From positions 160,001-224,000 of the forward strand of contig JAYTSD010000004.1 of the NCBI GenBank assembly GCA_043745805.1: 64,000 bases of DNA, written 5' to 3'. Below the pieces are notes generated by a model, which was not told where the DNA came from, searched no databases, and saw only the letters and a program-made list of their open reading frames with translations. Source of the DNA: Fibrobacteria bacterium (GTDB lineage Bacteria > Fibrobacterota > Fibrobacteria > UBA11236). Positions 29,156 to 39,442 of this stretch are shown here, piece after piece (position 1 is the first letter of the stretch; each line of letters opens with the position of its first letter). The translations under genes and the position numbers were made by a program.

Positions 29156-30007
29156 TCATTGCACATAAGCATAACCTTCCACTCTTAAGTCAATTGTTTT
29201 TGCTTCTTCTAATCGCGCGCCTTGTTGATGGGACAGTGCTTGCAGAAACTCTAATGAATTCAATGACTTATCCCCTAAGCCCACTAAAATTTTTTGTTTC
29301 CCGTCCTTTAAAATTATTTCGGCATCGCATGAGCTGACCATTTTTACTTGAGAAAAATTTGCAAATAGTTCGGGATATTTTTTTTGTGCATTACCCAAAA
29401 AAGTACCGAGTGATTTTTTTTTCGTATCGTCCAAATTAAAAAGATGATCGATTATAGGTAGATCAAAGGCATTATAATGCAAGTCCGGTAATAAAACTCC
29501 TTCAGCGCTCAGCCCCTCACCATGATGCTCAAACCCCATAGCAATTGGAATTTTTTCTTCCACAATGATTTTAAGTTTATGAGGAAAGCTACGGATCACT
29601 TGTGCATGCTTAATCCATGGCAAACTATCTAACCTTTGCTCATAACTCTTTGTATTAAAAGGAAATAAGTGAACACCTAGTTCAAGTCCAGAGTTTTCTA
29701 AAATTTTTTCTCGAGATAAATTATGATTTCCTTCTACTTCAATACTGCGTAAAACCAACCAATTACTTTGTTGATAAAACTGCATCACCTTCCATCCTCC
29801 GATGATTAATAAAGTTGGAAGCCCAATCAGCATGACTATCCATTTCACCGAGTAACGGATTTTTTTAGCTGAACCACGTCGCTTAATTTTTTGTATAGAC
29901 TTTTCTGCTTGTACATTCTTGCGAAAATTTACGCCCTGCCTTACTACTCTTACAGGAGGTTTACGTACTGGCGCTCTTACTGAGGTTTTTTTCTTAATGC
30001 CAATCAT
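29156..30007 (-). CDS. ftsQ: Cell division protein FtsQ/DivIB
   Basis: TM helix, POTRA domain (IEVEGN..LPWIKHAQVIRSFP), C-terminal IDLR; dcw position. Confidence 0.88.
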   Translation of the reverse strand: MIGIKKKTSVRAPVRKPPVRVVRQGVNFRKNVQAEKSIQKIKRRGSAKKIRYSVKWIVMLIGLPTLLIIGGWKVMQFYQQSNWLVLRSIEVEGNHNLSREKILENSGLELGVHLFPFNTKSYEQRLDSLPWIKHAQVIRSFPHKLKIIVEEKIPIAMGFEHHGEGLSAEGVLLPDLHYNAFDLPIIDHLFNLDDTKKKSLGTFLGNAQKKYPELFANFSQVKMVSSCDAEIILKDGKQKILVGLGDKSLNSLEFLQALSHQQGARLEEAKTIDLRVEGYAYVQ

Positions 30008-31389
30008 TTCAAAGCCTCCAATATTTTTGGTCCGTATTGGTTAATATCTCCTGCGCCAAGTATCATCACGCAATCACCCGATTTCAAATGAGGGGTCACG
30101 AATGAAACTAAGTTTTCCATATTTTTTATAAACCAAGCCTTGCTTTGAATTTCTTTTGGCAAAGCCTCTACAATTAAATGACCCTCAATCCCTTCAATTG
30201 GTTTTTCTCGCGAAGCATAAACCGAAGTAACAAAAATTGCGTCACAATTTTTCAAAGCCTCAGCAAATTCTGGATAATGATCACGAGTGCGCGTAAAAAG
30301 GTGCGGTTGTAATATAGCGATGACCCGTGCAGCACCCATTTTTTTTGCTGCCGCTAAAGTTACCGAAACTTCAGTGGGATGATGGCCATAATCATCATAG
30401 AGGCGAACACCATTGGCTTCTCCAATAAATTCGAAACGCCTTTTCATACCCGCAAATTTTTCTAAGCCCTGTGCTACAGCATAAAAAGGTAATCCTTCTT
30501 CCAGCGCCACACTAGCCGCACCCAAAGCATTGTAAACATTATGTAATCCCGGAACTTGCAAACGAATACGTCCTAAAATTTTTCCGGCACATAATAAATC
30601 GAAATGCATTTGTAAATTGACTTGCTGCACATTTTGCGCTTGATAGTCAGCCGTTTTTTGCAAACTGAAAGTTTTTATCTTGCCAAAAAAACGCATTTGG
30701 TTTTTTTGAATTTGCAGATCATCTGCATTCACTAAGGTTAAACCATAAAAAGGTAAGCGTTTGGTAAAAGCTACAAAAGCATCTGCAATGGCTTCCAAAT
30801 TCGCATAACAATCTAAATGATCCGCATCGATATTATTAATCAAACAAACCGAAGGCCATAAAGACAAAAAGGTATGATCAAACTCATCTGCTTCTAAAAT
30901 CAAATTATGACTTAAGATTTTATTTTCATTTTCGTTTTTATTTTCATGCGACTGACGAAAAACTCCACCCACTATGCAAGTCGCGGGACGATTCGCCGCA
31001 AGATAAATCTCGGCTAACATGGCTGTCGTGGTGGTTTTACCATGTGTACCAGCAATGGCCAAAGTATATTTTTCACGGGTTATTTCTCCCAATAACTCTG
31101 CACGACGCAAAACGGGAATGCCTTTTTCTTTGGCATAAATTAATTCGGGATTATTTGCCGGGACCGCAGAAGAAAAAACAACGGCGTCGCATGCAGGAAC
31201 ATTTTCTTGGCGATGTCCAATTTGTACATCCATCCCCAAGACCTGTAAATGCCGAGTTCTTGCGCTAACTTGCTGATCGGATCCAGAAAGTATAAATCCT
31301 TCCGCCTGTAAAACTTCTGCAATCGCACTCATACCTGCGCCGCCGATACCAATAAAATGCAGTTTAGATAAACGCACTGAAGGAGTCAT
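30004..31389 (-). CDS. murC: UDP-N-acetylmuramate--L-alanine ligase
   Basis: HFIGIGGAGMS, GTHGKTTT, EADE, DDYGHHPTE, QPH. Confidence 0.96.
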   Translation of the reverse strand: MTPSVRLSKLHFIGIGGAGMSAIAEVLQAEGFILSGSDQQVSARTRHLQVLGMDVQIGHRQENVPACDAVVFSSAVPANNPELIYAKEKGIPVLRRAELLGEITREKYTLAIAGTHGKTTTTAMLAEIYLAANRPATCIVGGVFRQSHENKNENENKILSHNLILEADEFDHTFLSLWPSVCLINNIDADHLDCYANLEAIADAFVAFTKRLPFYGLTLVNADDLQIQKNQMRFFGKIKTFSLQKTADYQAQNVQQVNLQMHFDLLCAGKILGRIRLQVPGLHNVYNALGAASVALEEGLPFYAVAQGLEKFAGMKRRFEFIGEANGVRLYDDYGHHPTEVSVTLAAAKKMGAARVIAILQPHLFTRTRDHYPEFAEALKNCDAIFVTSVYASREKPIEGIEGHLIVEALPKEIQSKAWFIKNMENLVSFVTPHLKSGDCVMILGAGDINQYGPKILEALK

Positions 31390-32582
31390 GCTACAACTCT
31401 TCTTCTTGCCGATACTTTAGCGCCCACCCATGAAGAGGGTCCACTAAGTAATTGTCCACGCTGCACATTTTTTTTCCATAAAGCCGGAATATACTCGCTA
31501 GTATTCCCTGATATATTTAAAAGAATTCCCATGGAAAATAAAACCGTACACAATGAGGTTCCTCCATAAGAAACAAAAGGCAAAGGCTGACCTGTGGTAG
31601 GGAAAAATTTTGCACATACGCCAATATGCATAATCACATTTACTGCCAGTGAAATCGTAATTCCTAATGCCGCTAAACTTCCGAATCGATCCGCACAATA
31701 AAAGGATACGCGTAACCCTCTCCATACCACTAATGCAAAGAGTGTCAAACAAAATGTAGTACCTAACCAACCTAATTCTTCACCCAAAACTGAAAAAATG
31801 GTATCAGTAAATGGCATTGGTAAATACCCTAATTTTTGTGTGCTAGTACCCAAACCGGTACCCGTAAATCCGCCGTTACCTAAGCTAATTAAGGCTTGCA
31901 TACTTTGATAAGAGCTGATTGGGTTTGCTTCCGGATGCAAAAAAGCCATTACTCTTTTCATGCGATAAGGACTACTTACCATCAAAATTCCTAAAGCCGG
32001 TAAGCCAATAAGTGCTAAAGAAAGTAAATGTGAGATACGACAACCACCTACAAAAACCATTGCGATAGAAATCGCGAGTATGGTAGCCGCCGTGCTGTAA
32101 TTAGGTTGCTTAAGAATTAAGAGAAAAGTGATGGCAGCCACCACCAAAGAGGCTAAAAATCCTTTACGAAAATCCGACATCAATTCTTGTTTTTCAACCA
32201 AGTAACGCGCGAGAAAAAATACCATAGAGATTTTTGCCAACTCAGAAGGCTGTAATCCAAAACTGGCAAACCCCACCCAACGCCTAGCTCCATTGACACG
32301 GCCAACCAGCGAAGAGGTGATTAAAAATAAAAGCAAAAGTAAGGAGAGAAACATTAATGGACGCGCAGCTTTTTCCCAAAAACGATAATTAACACTCAAA
32401 CCCAGTAACATGGCACAACTGCCTAAAATTACTTTTTGAATGTGGTGCATGAGATAAAATGATTCTGGTAAATTACGCGCCACCGCATAAGCCGCCGAGG
32501 AACTATAAAGTATTACAATACCCATTCCCACCAGAGCTAAAACTCCAGACAAAAGAATCATGTCTATCTTCAAAGCTTTCAT
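31386..32582 (-). CDS. ftsW: SEDS peptidoglycan polymerase FtsW
   Basis: NGARRW, QPSELAK, TDTIFSVLGEELG, LPFVSYGG. Confidence 0.95.
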   Translation of the reverse strand: MKALKIDMILLSGVLALVGMGIVILYSSSAAYAVARNLPESFYLMHHIQKVILGSCAMLLGLSVNYRFWEKAARPLMFLSLLLLLFLITSSLVGRVNGARRWVGFASFGLQPSELAKISMVFFLARYLVEKQELMSDFRKGFLASLVVAAITFLLILKQPNYSTAATILAISIAMVFVGGCRISHLLSLALIGLPALGILMVSSPYRMKRVMAFLHPEANPISSYQSMQALISLGNGGFTGTGLGTSTQKLGYLPMPFTDTIFSVLGEELGWLGTTFCLTLFALVVWRGLRVSFYCADRFGSLAALGITISLAVNVIMHIGVCAKFFPTTGQPLPFVSYGGTSLCTVLFSMGILLNISGNTSEYIPALWKKNVQRGQLLSGPSSWVGAKVSARRRVVA

Positions 32583-32583
32583 A

Positions 32584-33993
32584 CTATTCGTTTATCGATT
32601 CTTCGGGTTGTGTGGTGACCATTTTAAGCTTGTCTTTGAGAAATTCATAGACTCTTTCTAGATGCATGCCATGCGAACCCTTTACGAGTAAAGTATCACC
32701 GGGTTGTAAATTTTTAATTAATTCAGCGCAAAGCAAATTAAAATCTAAAAAATGATGAGCGCGTTCGCGTTTCATGCCTTTTTCACGAGCGCCCTGATTA
32801 ATGAAGCGACTTAGAGTACCAAAAGTAAACAGTTCCGTTACGCCCATTTCTACTAGGTAACGTCCAATTTCCAAATGCATTGCAGGGCCTTCATCGCCTA
32901 ATTCTAACATATCGCCCAAAACGGCCAAACAACGACCACGCCCTTGCATACTACCCAAAGTAGACAAGGCTGTTTTCGTAGAAGTAGGGTTAGCATTATA
33001 ACTATCATCAATAACCGTGAGGCCATTAAGTTTTTTAATCTGTAAACGATTAGGGCTGGCAGTAAAAGATCGTAATCCTTTAACCATAGCTTTTTTAGAG
33101 AGGCGCAAATAAGTGCCTACGGCAATTGCCGCCAAAGCATTATATACATTATGCTCACCAGGAACTTGTAACTTAAACTCCGTACGTCCAATGCGAAAAG
33201 AGGCGCAACCTTCAGCATCATAAGTCAATTCATCAGGTCGAATTTGTCCGCGATGTAAACCATATGTCAATAATTTTGTTTTTGCATTACTTCGCGCTTT
33301 GGCTAAATAAGGATCATCTACATTAATTATTAACGTGCCCTTGGTTTTAAAACCACTGGCAATGGATAACTTTTCTTCGGCAATTTTTTCTTGCGATCCC
33401 ATATGTTCCAAATGAGCGGTGCCCACATTGGTGATAACAGCTAAAGTAGGAGAAACTACGTCACTTAATGTTCGAATTTCACCCGGATGACTCATGCCAA
33501 TTTCAATCACAGCAAAATCATGATGAGATTTTAATTCAAATAGCGTTAGAGGTACGCCAACATGATTATTAAAATTTCCTTGCGTCCCTAAAACATTACC
33601 TGCCTGGGAAAGCATTTTAACAATCATATCTTTGGTAGTCGTTTTTCCATTACTCCCAGTAACACCAATTTTTGGAATACGAAACTTCGCAGCATACCTT
33701 TTGGCCAATGCCAACAAGGCCGTATTAGGATCATCTACGGGAATATAAACATTAATGGATTGCCCATTTTCTCGATGCCAATTTTTGCTTACCACAGCAG
33801 CACTCCCTCCTAATTTAAAAACTTCATTTGCAAATACATGTCCGTCGAAATTATCTCCTGACAAAGCCCAAAATATTTGCCCTTTTTTAAGCTTGCGTGA
33901 ATCGGTGCAAAGTTGAATTTGCTTACGCGCCCGCCATGGACCGACCAAATCTGCATCCAATAATTTCGCCAATTCTTCCAAACCAATTTCCAT
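32584..33993 (-). CDS. murF: UDP-MurNAc-tripeptide--D-Ala-D-Ala ligase
   Basis: TDSR, GSNGKTTTKDM, NNHVGVP, DDSYNANP, GDMLELG, VKGS; start ATG 33993. Confidence 0.96.
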   Translation of the reverse strand: MEIGLEELAKLLDADLVGPWRARKQIQLCTDSRKLKKGQIFWALSGDNFDGHVFANEVFKLGGSAAVVSKNWHRENGQSINVYIPVDDPNTALLALAKRYAAKFRIPKIGVTGSNGKTTTKDMIVKMLSQAGNVLGTQGNFNNHVGVPLTLFELKSHHDFAVIEIGMSHPGEIRTLSDVVSPTLAVITNVGTAHLEHMGSQEKIAEEKLSIASGFKTKGTLIINVDDPYLAKARSNAKTKLLTYGLHRGQIRPDELTYDAEGCASFRIGRTEFKLQVPGEHNVYNALAAIAVGTYLRLSKKAMVKGLRSFTASPNRLQIKKLNGLTVIDDSYNANPTSTKTALSTLGSMQGRGRCLAVLGDMLELGDEGPAMHLEIGRYLVEMGVTELFTFGTLSRFINQGAREKGMKRERAHHFLDFNLLCAELIKNLQPGDTLLVKGSHGMHLERVYEFLKDKLKMVTTQPEESINE

Positions 33994-33994
33994 T

Positions 33995-35467
33995 TCAATT
34001 CTTTCCAACTTGCATGAAATCCAAAACTTCACGCTGATCACTGAAAGGTTTTTTTTCTCGTCCTATAACTTGATATTCTTCATGCCCTTTTCCTGCAATC
34101 ACTAAACAATCACCACGCTGCAAACCTTGCAAGGCCAAGCGTATTGCTGCCCGTCTATCAGATTCCACGGTAACATCGTCTTTATGTATCATGCCGGATA
34201 AAATTTCTTGTAAAATAGACTCGGCATTTTCTGTACGCGGATTATCGCTGGTTAAAAAAACTTTATCGGCACACTTCTCTGCTAAAGCACCCATTTGTGG
34301 ACGTTTAGTTTTATCTCTATCGCCACCACATCCAAATAAACAAAAAATGCGTCCCGGAGTTAAAGGACGTAAGCTCAATAAAACTCTTTCCAGTGCGTCC
34401 GGCGTATGCGCATAATCCACAATAGCATAAGCGCCCATGGGCAAAGCAAATACTTCATTACGTCCATGCACCGTAACATTGGCGATACTACGCGCGAGCT
34501 CCTCCGCAGGAATGTCCAAAGAAAAACCTAAAGCAATGGTTGCCAATAGATTTTCGAGATTTAATTCTCCCACCAGTTTAGAAGTAAAGGAATAGCTTTT
34601 ACCTTGAAAATTTAAGGTTAATTGCGTGCCCGATAATTGCATTTCGGAATGCTCTAAATAAATGTCAGGAGTTAAACCTTGTTGCGCGGATTTTTGTCGA
34701 GAAAATCCAAGACGCGGGTTTTTGATTTCTAAAGCGAGTCGACGACCATAGGAGGAGTCTAAATTAAGAATGGCTATTCCATCGTCAAGCAAATATTCGC
34801 TAAACAATTTTTTCTTGGCTTGATAATAATCTTCAAAACCTTTGTGATAATCAAAATGGTCTTGCGTTAAATTGGTAAAAATAGCTCTTTGAAAATGAAA
34901 GCTTCGCAAGCGATCTTGATCTAAAGCATGCGAGGAAACCTCCATCACTAAAGCATTGCAGCCTTGATCTACACCGCGGCGCAATAAAGGAAAAAAAGCT
35001 TCTGGCGCAGGAGTAGTCCAAGGTGCATTTAATATTTCATTTCCGATTTGATATTGAATCGTTCCTAAAGCCATTACTTTTTTGCCTAGGCCTTCTAAAA
35101 CCGAAGCGCATAAACGCGTAATCGTGGATTTCCCATTAGTTCCCGTCACGGCAATACTCAATAGCCCCTGCCCAGGATTTTCAAACCAACTATTAAAAAG
35201 TGGAGCCACCCAATTTCTTAAACCTTCAATTTTTTTCCATGCTATATTCGGATTAATGTCGATTAATACTTCTTCCGATAAAACCGCAATGGCTCCTTGC
35301 ATAATGGCTTCGTCAGCAAATTCACTTCCGCTTTTTACAGAACCATTAAGTGCCAGAAATAATTCGCCCTTTTTAACCAAACGAGAATCTACCGAAACAC
35401 CCGTAACTTCAAAATCCCATCCCATATCGGATAAGCCAGCCTGTTGAAATAATTTGGCAATATGCAT
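33995..35467 (-). CDS. murE: UDP-MurNAc-dipeptide--meso-DAP ligase
   Basis: GTNGKST, MEVSSH, DYAHTPDA, GCGGDRD, DNPR (DAP-type), AGKGHE; TAATG coupling with ftsI. Confidence 0.96.
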   Translation of the reverse strand: MHIAKLFQQAGLSDMGWDFEVTGVSVDSRLVKKGELFLALNGSVKSGSEFADEAIMQGAIAVLSEEVLIDINPNIAWKKIEGLRNWVAPLFNSWFENPGQGLLSIAVTGTNGKSTITRLCASVLEGLGKKVMALGTIQYQIGNEILNAPWTTPAPEAFFPLLRRGVDQGCNALVMEVSSHALDQDRLRSFHFQRAIFTNLTQDHFDYHKGFEDYYQAKKKLFSEYLLDDGIAILNLDSSYGRRLALEIKNPRLGFSRQKSAQQGLTPDIYLEHSEMQLSGTQLTLNFQGKSYSFTSKLVGELNLENLLATIALGFSLDIPAEELARSIANVTVHGRNEVFALPMGAYAIVDYAHTPDALERVLLSLRPLTPGRIFCLFGCGGDRDKTKRPQMGALAEKCADKVFLTSDNPRTENAESILQEILSGMIHKDDVTVESDRRAAIRLALQGLQRGDCLVIAGKGHEEYQVIGREKKPFSDQREVLDFMQVGKN

Positions 35468-37377
35468 TAGCCCATCCAACCCAAAGTAAGGATGCATTTA
35501 TGTCCTGGCACAACGGGCGATCCAATGGCAGGCTCTTGTTTTATCACTTTACCGCTACCTTGATATTCTACATCCACATTCAAATACTTGAGTTTAAGCA
35601 AGGCTTCGCGCAGTGTAAGATTATTTAAATCCGGCATACTTTTGGAATTGAAATAGCCCATGCTTAAAACTAAGGTATCACGCAAAAGTATTTTTCTTTC
35701 AGGAGGTAAGTTTTGCGCCAATACCACATCCCCTTTACCTTCAATTCGAAAAGTAAAACCTTTTTGTGATAACCGATTGGCTGCATCCGAGCTGGAGTAA
35801 CCAATTAGATTCGGTACCCGCGCCGAATCACCAGTCTTATCCAATTCATTGGTCGAAGCCGTTTTTGAATTGGCAAATTGCGCCAAAGCATAATTAGGCT
35901 CGGCTAATAAACGATCGACAATTTCGCGAAAAACTGGAGCTGCACTTTGTCCACCATATTTTAATAATGAAGGTTCATCAAATAAAACCAAACACACATA
36001 TTGCGGTTTATCAACCGGAACCATTCCTACAAAAGAGGAATTGAATTTTCCATGCACATAATGATGCGTTATAGGATCAATTTTTTCTGCCGTACCCGTT
36101 TTTCCAGCCATGGAAATGCGGTCCGATTTAATATCCATCGCAGTTCCATACTCCACCACGGATCCCATCATAGAGCGTAATTGAGCAGCAGTTTGTTCGG
36201 AAATTACTCGGCGAACTCGTTTCACCGGAACCTCTGCACGAATGTTACCTCCTTCATCGGCCCATGCTTTTATAATACGCGGCTTCATCAAAGTTCCACC
36301 GTTTGCGACAGCGGCACATGCCATAGCCACTTGCAATGGGGTAACAGCAATTTCATGACCAAAAGCCATAGTACTTTGGGTACGACCACTCCAACTTTGT
36401 ATGCTTTTTAAATAACCACTTTCCTCTGCGGGCAAGCCAATAGCCGTTTTCATTCCGAACCCGAAAGAACGTATATAGCGGTAAAATGTTTCGGGAGAAA
36501 TGCGCGTAACGGCTTTAGCAAAACAAATATTACTAGAATAGGCTAATGCATCCCGGAAACTAATGCGGCCATGTGCATGTGTATCACTAATAAGTTCACC
36601 CATAAGTTTATAAGTACCATTTTCACCATCTATGGTATCTTCAGGACGAATTCTTTTTTCTTCTATTAAAGCAGCCGCGGTAATTATTTTAAATGTGCTA
36701 CCCGGTTCATAAGTCTTGGCTACGGCTTGATTTTTCCATGCGTCTTCATTTACATTCTCGCGTGTATTAGGGTTATAAAAAGGATAATTCGCAAGCGCAA
36801 GAATATCCCCATTAAAAGGATCTACTATTAATGCTAATCCTTGCTTTGCTCCCGAACGAAGCACACCACGCTCTAAAGCTCTTTCTGCAATAGACTGCAT
36901 ATTTGCATCCAACGTTAATACGGCATCATAACCATCTACAGCTTCTTTTTGCTTATCTTGAAAGCCGGGTGAAGGCCGATTACGAGCATCGTAACGCAAA
37001 TATTTCCAACCGTCAGTGCCGCGTAATTCTCTATCTAAAAAATATTCTAAGCCTAATTGACCGTAACCATCGCGACCTACCTGACCTAGCACTTGTCCCG
37101 CTAAAGGACCATTAGGACAAACTCTATGCAAAGCCGTTTCACCTTTTCCATTTTCAGGGGTAACAGGAAACTCTGCATTTACAATTAATTTTTTTAAATT
37201 CCGATCAAGAATTTCTCCGCGCCGAGGAGCCAACACATTACGTCGAATGGATTGACGATAAGCTATGCCTTGATAAAAATCGGATTTCCAAACTTGTACA
37301 TAAAATGTGCGCGCAGTCATTCCTATCCACGTAAGGATGAGGAGAAAACCAAGAGTTATAATCCTTTGGTTGGCCAT
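35467..37377 (-). CDS. ftsI: Class B penicillin-binding protein FtsI with PASTA domains
   Basis: RGEILDRN, EPGSTFK (SxxK), SSN, GKTGT; two C-terminal PASTA-like repeats. Confidence 0.93.
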   Translation of the reverse strand: MANQRIITLGFLLILTWIGMTARTFYVQVWKSDFYQGIAYRQSIRRNVLAPRRGEILDRNLKKLIVNAEFPVTPENGKGETALHRVCPNGPLAGQVLGQVGRDGYGQLGLEYFLDRELRGTDGWKYLRYDARNRPSPGFQDKQKEAVDGYDAVLTLDANMQSIAERALERGVLRSGAKQGLALIVDPFNGDILALANYPFYNPNTRENVNEDAWKNQAVAKTYEPGSTFKIITAAALIEEKRIRPEDTIDGENGTYKLMGELISDTHAHGRISFRDALAYSSNICFAKAVTRISPETFYRYIRSFGFGMKTAIGLPAEESGYLKSIQSWSGRTQSTMAFGHEIAVTPLQVAMACAAVANGGTLMKPRIIKAWADEGGNIRAEVPVKRVRRVISEQTAAQLRSMMGSVVEYGTAMDIKSDRISMAGKTGTAEKIDPITHHYVHGKFNSSFVGMVPVDKPQYVCLVLFDEPSLLKYGGQSAAPVFREIVDRLLAEPNYALAQFANSKTASTNELDKTGDSARVPNLIGYSSSDAANRLSQKGFTFRIEGKGDVVLAQNLPPERKILLRDTLVLSMGYFNSKSMPDLNNLTLREALLKLKYLNVDVEYQGSGKVIKQEPAIGSPVVPGHKCILTLGWMG

Positions 37378-37781
37378 TCCCTATTTCCAGCATCTTCACC
37401 ACCGGTGAAAACATTTCTAATCCCACTCCACGTAGCTAATTTCTCGACCGGCTTTTGAACTTCCGTATTTTCCGCATACACCCAAACTGGAGCCGCTCCA
37501 TTTTCTAAACCAAAACGCATTTTAGCAATGGCTTCAATTCTATCACCGCGTTTCAATTCATTGATTTGCATTTCAAGACGCGCAATTTCTCCCCGTAAAC
37601 GAGTTTGTATTTTTTCATTTTTGGATATGGATTTCGCTAAACGCATATAGGTGTTTTGCTTCCACACTTGCGCCACAAAAACACTCGCTAAACAAAAGGC
37701 CATAATCATCCAAAGCAAAATTTTGCGTAACCTTACCCCTTTTGTAGGTCCTTTAGCTGTTGCTTTAGAAATACGTTTCAT
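37356..37781 (-). CDS. ftsL: Cell division protein FtsL-like
   Basis: TM helix, coiled coil and RIEAIAK..GL; lies between rsmH and ftsI. Confidence 0.78.
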   Translation of the reverse strand: MKRISKATAKGPTKGVRLRKILLWMIMAFCLASVFVAQVWKQNTYMRLAKSISKNEKIQTRLRGEIARLEMQINELKRGDRIEAIAKMRFGLENGAAPVWVYAENTEVQKPVEKLATWSGIRNVFTGGEDAGNREWPTKGL

Positions 37782-37793
37782 AGGCAATCTACT

Positions 37794-38708
37794 TTATACC
37801 TTTTCCACAACACGAAATTTTGCACTACGCGAACGCGGGTTTTCTTTTTGCTCCAAAGCTGAAGGCAACAATGGCTTGGATGTTACCTTACGCAGTTGCC
37901 GATTTTTTCCTCCACATTTACAAACCGGCCATTCTTTGGGACATACGCAATCACGTTCAAATTTGGCAAAGGTTTCTTTCACGCGTCTATCTTCTACTGA
38001 GTGATAGCTCAATACGGCAATACGTCCACCGGATCGCAATAAACTTATGGCTCCTTCCAAGCCTTCTTCCACCTCTTGCATTTCCTGATTCACTTCCATG
38101 CGCAAGGCTTGAAATATTCGTGCCAACATGCTATTGCGGTTTTGGGAATGCAAATGCAAAACATCATTCGCGACACGCGCTAAACTATCGCTATTAATTT
38201 TTCCTTTGGCTTGCATCTCGGCTTTAAGCGCTCGAGCTAAGCGCCGCGAAGATTGAATATCCGAGTTTTTCCAAAATAAAAGAGCCAAATCTTCTTCATC
38301 ATAATCGCGAACAATATCTTCAGCGGTATAGCCTTCTTGACCCATACGCATATCCAAATTGGTTCCAGGTGCAAAAGAAAATCCTCTCGCCTTCTCGTCG
38401 ATTTGATGAGAACTCACACCTAAATCAAATAATACGCCTGTCAAATGCTGCTTAGCACAAGCTTCTTTGACACGGGAAAAAGGACTATGAATAATGGTGA
38501 CTCTCCCATCTTGCAATAATTGCTGCCCTCTAGTCACAGCTTCTTGATCTCTATCTAAAGCAATAAGACGCCCATTAGGAGCCAATCGCTCTAGAATTAA
38601 GCGACTATGCCCACCGCCACCTAAAGTGCAATCCACATAAACACCTTGAGGATCCACTAGTAAATATTCGAGCACCTCTTGAGGCATTACGGGCCGATGA
38701 TATTCCAT
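37794..38708 (-). CDS. rsmH: 16S rRNA m4C1402 methyltransferase
   Basis: HRPVM, DCTLGGGGHS, DLGVSSHQ, RGFSF, FQALRMEVN, SYHSVEDR, NPRSRSAK. Confidence 0.97.
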   Translation of the reverse strand: MEYHRPVMPQEVLEYLLVDPQGVYVDCTLGGGGHSRLILERLAPNGRLIALDRDQEAVTRGQQLLQDGRVTIIHSPFSRVKEACAKQHLTGVLFDLGVSSHQIDEKARGFSFAPGTNLDMRMGQEGYTAEDIVRDYDEEDLALLFWKNSDIQSSRRLARALKAEMQAKGKINSDSLARVANDVLHLHSQNRNSMLARIFQALRMEVNQEMQEVEEGLEGAISLLRSGGRIAVLSYHSVEDRRVKETFAKFERDCVCPKEWPVCKCGGKNRQLRKVTSKPLLPSALEQKENPRSRSAKFRVVEKV

Positions 38709-38729
38709 TATTGTTCCTCATCTCTCGGC

Positions 38730-39191
38730 CTAAAACCAATTTTCAAACTGTTGTTCTTGCTCAGTAGAAACATCTTCAATTTGTTCATGAAATTTCGCAG
38801 GAGACCATAAGCGCACTCGTTTTCCATCACCGACAAACGTTACGTCGCCTTGAATTCCTGCATATTGCATTTGCTCACTTGTTAAAGTGATACGATTTTG
38901 CACATCTAAGGTGGAGAGTTTTGCCATGGAAGTGATGCGCGTACGAAACTTGGAAACATCCGCACCACGACCTAAACTTTCGAGATATACGATATAATTA
39001 TTCCATCCATCTAATGGAAACAAAGCCAAGGTATACCCTTCAGCAATTGTTACTACTACTTGTCCATTAGCATTTTCATTTAAAACTTTGCGAAAATCTT
39101 TTGGAAAATTTGTACGGCCCGTTACATCGATTGCAACGGTGGCTTTACCGATAAATGATTCGAGTTTTATTTCCGTTTTAACTTTAGCCAT
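38730..39191 (-). CDS. mraZ: Transcriptional regulator MraZ
   Basis: Two AbrB-like repeats (IDVTGR..P..FR; LDVQNRI); first gene of the dcw cluster. Confidence 0.88.
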   Translation of the reverse strand: MAKVKTEIKLESFIGKATVAIDVTGRTNFPKDFRKVLNENANGQVVVTIAEGYTLALFPLDGWNNYIVYLESLGRGADVSKFRTRITSMAKLSTLDVQNRITLTSEQMQYAGIQGDVTFVGDGKRVRLWSPAKFHEQIEDVSTEQEQQFENWF

Positions 39192-39193
39192 AA

Positions 39194-39231
39194 TTACACA
39201 TTTCTACCCAAAATCTACCATTTTTACCCGA
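39194..39231 (-). promoter_or_regulatory. Probable MraZ-binding direct repeats, 10-bp period
   Basis: Minus strand tcGGGTAAaaatGGTAGAttttGGGTAGaaatGTGTAAtt immediately before the mraZ ATG. Confidence 0.7.
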
Positions 39232-39442
39232 CTAGCGGCAATCATTCTTTGTGAATATTTGACTTTATTTCCCATTTGCTAAAGGATTTTGGGATTAGGT
39301 AACCGATAAACTACTGCACAAAAAAGCAGGTATTTTTGATAACCGAAAACAAAATGAATATGTATTTGCTTTAAAATCAATGTATTACAAGATTGATTAG
39401 CTCACCAAATGATGTTGGCGATTATTTAAAATGAAAAACGAA

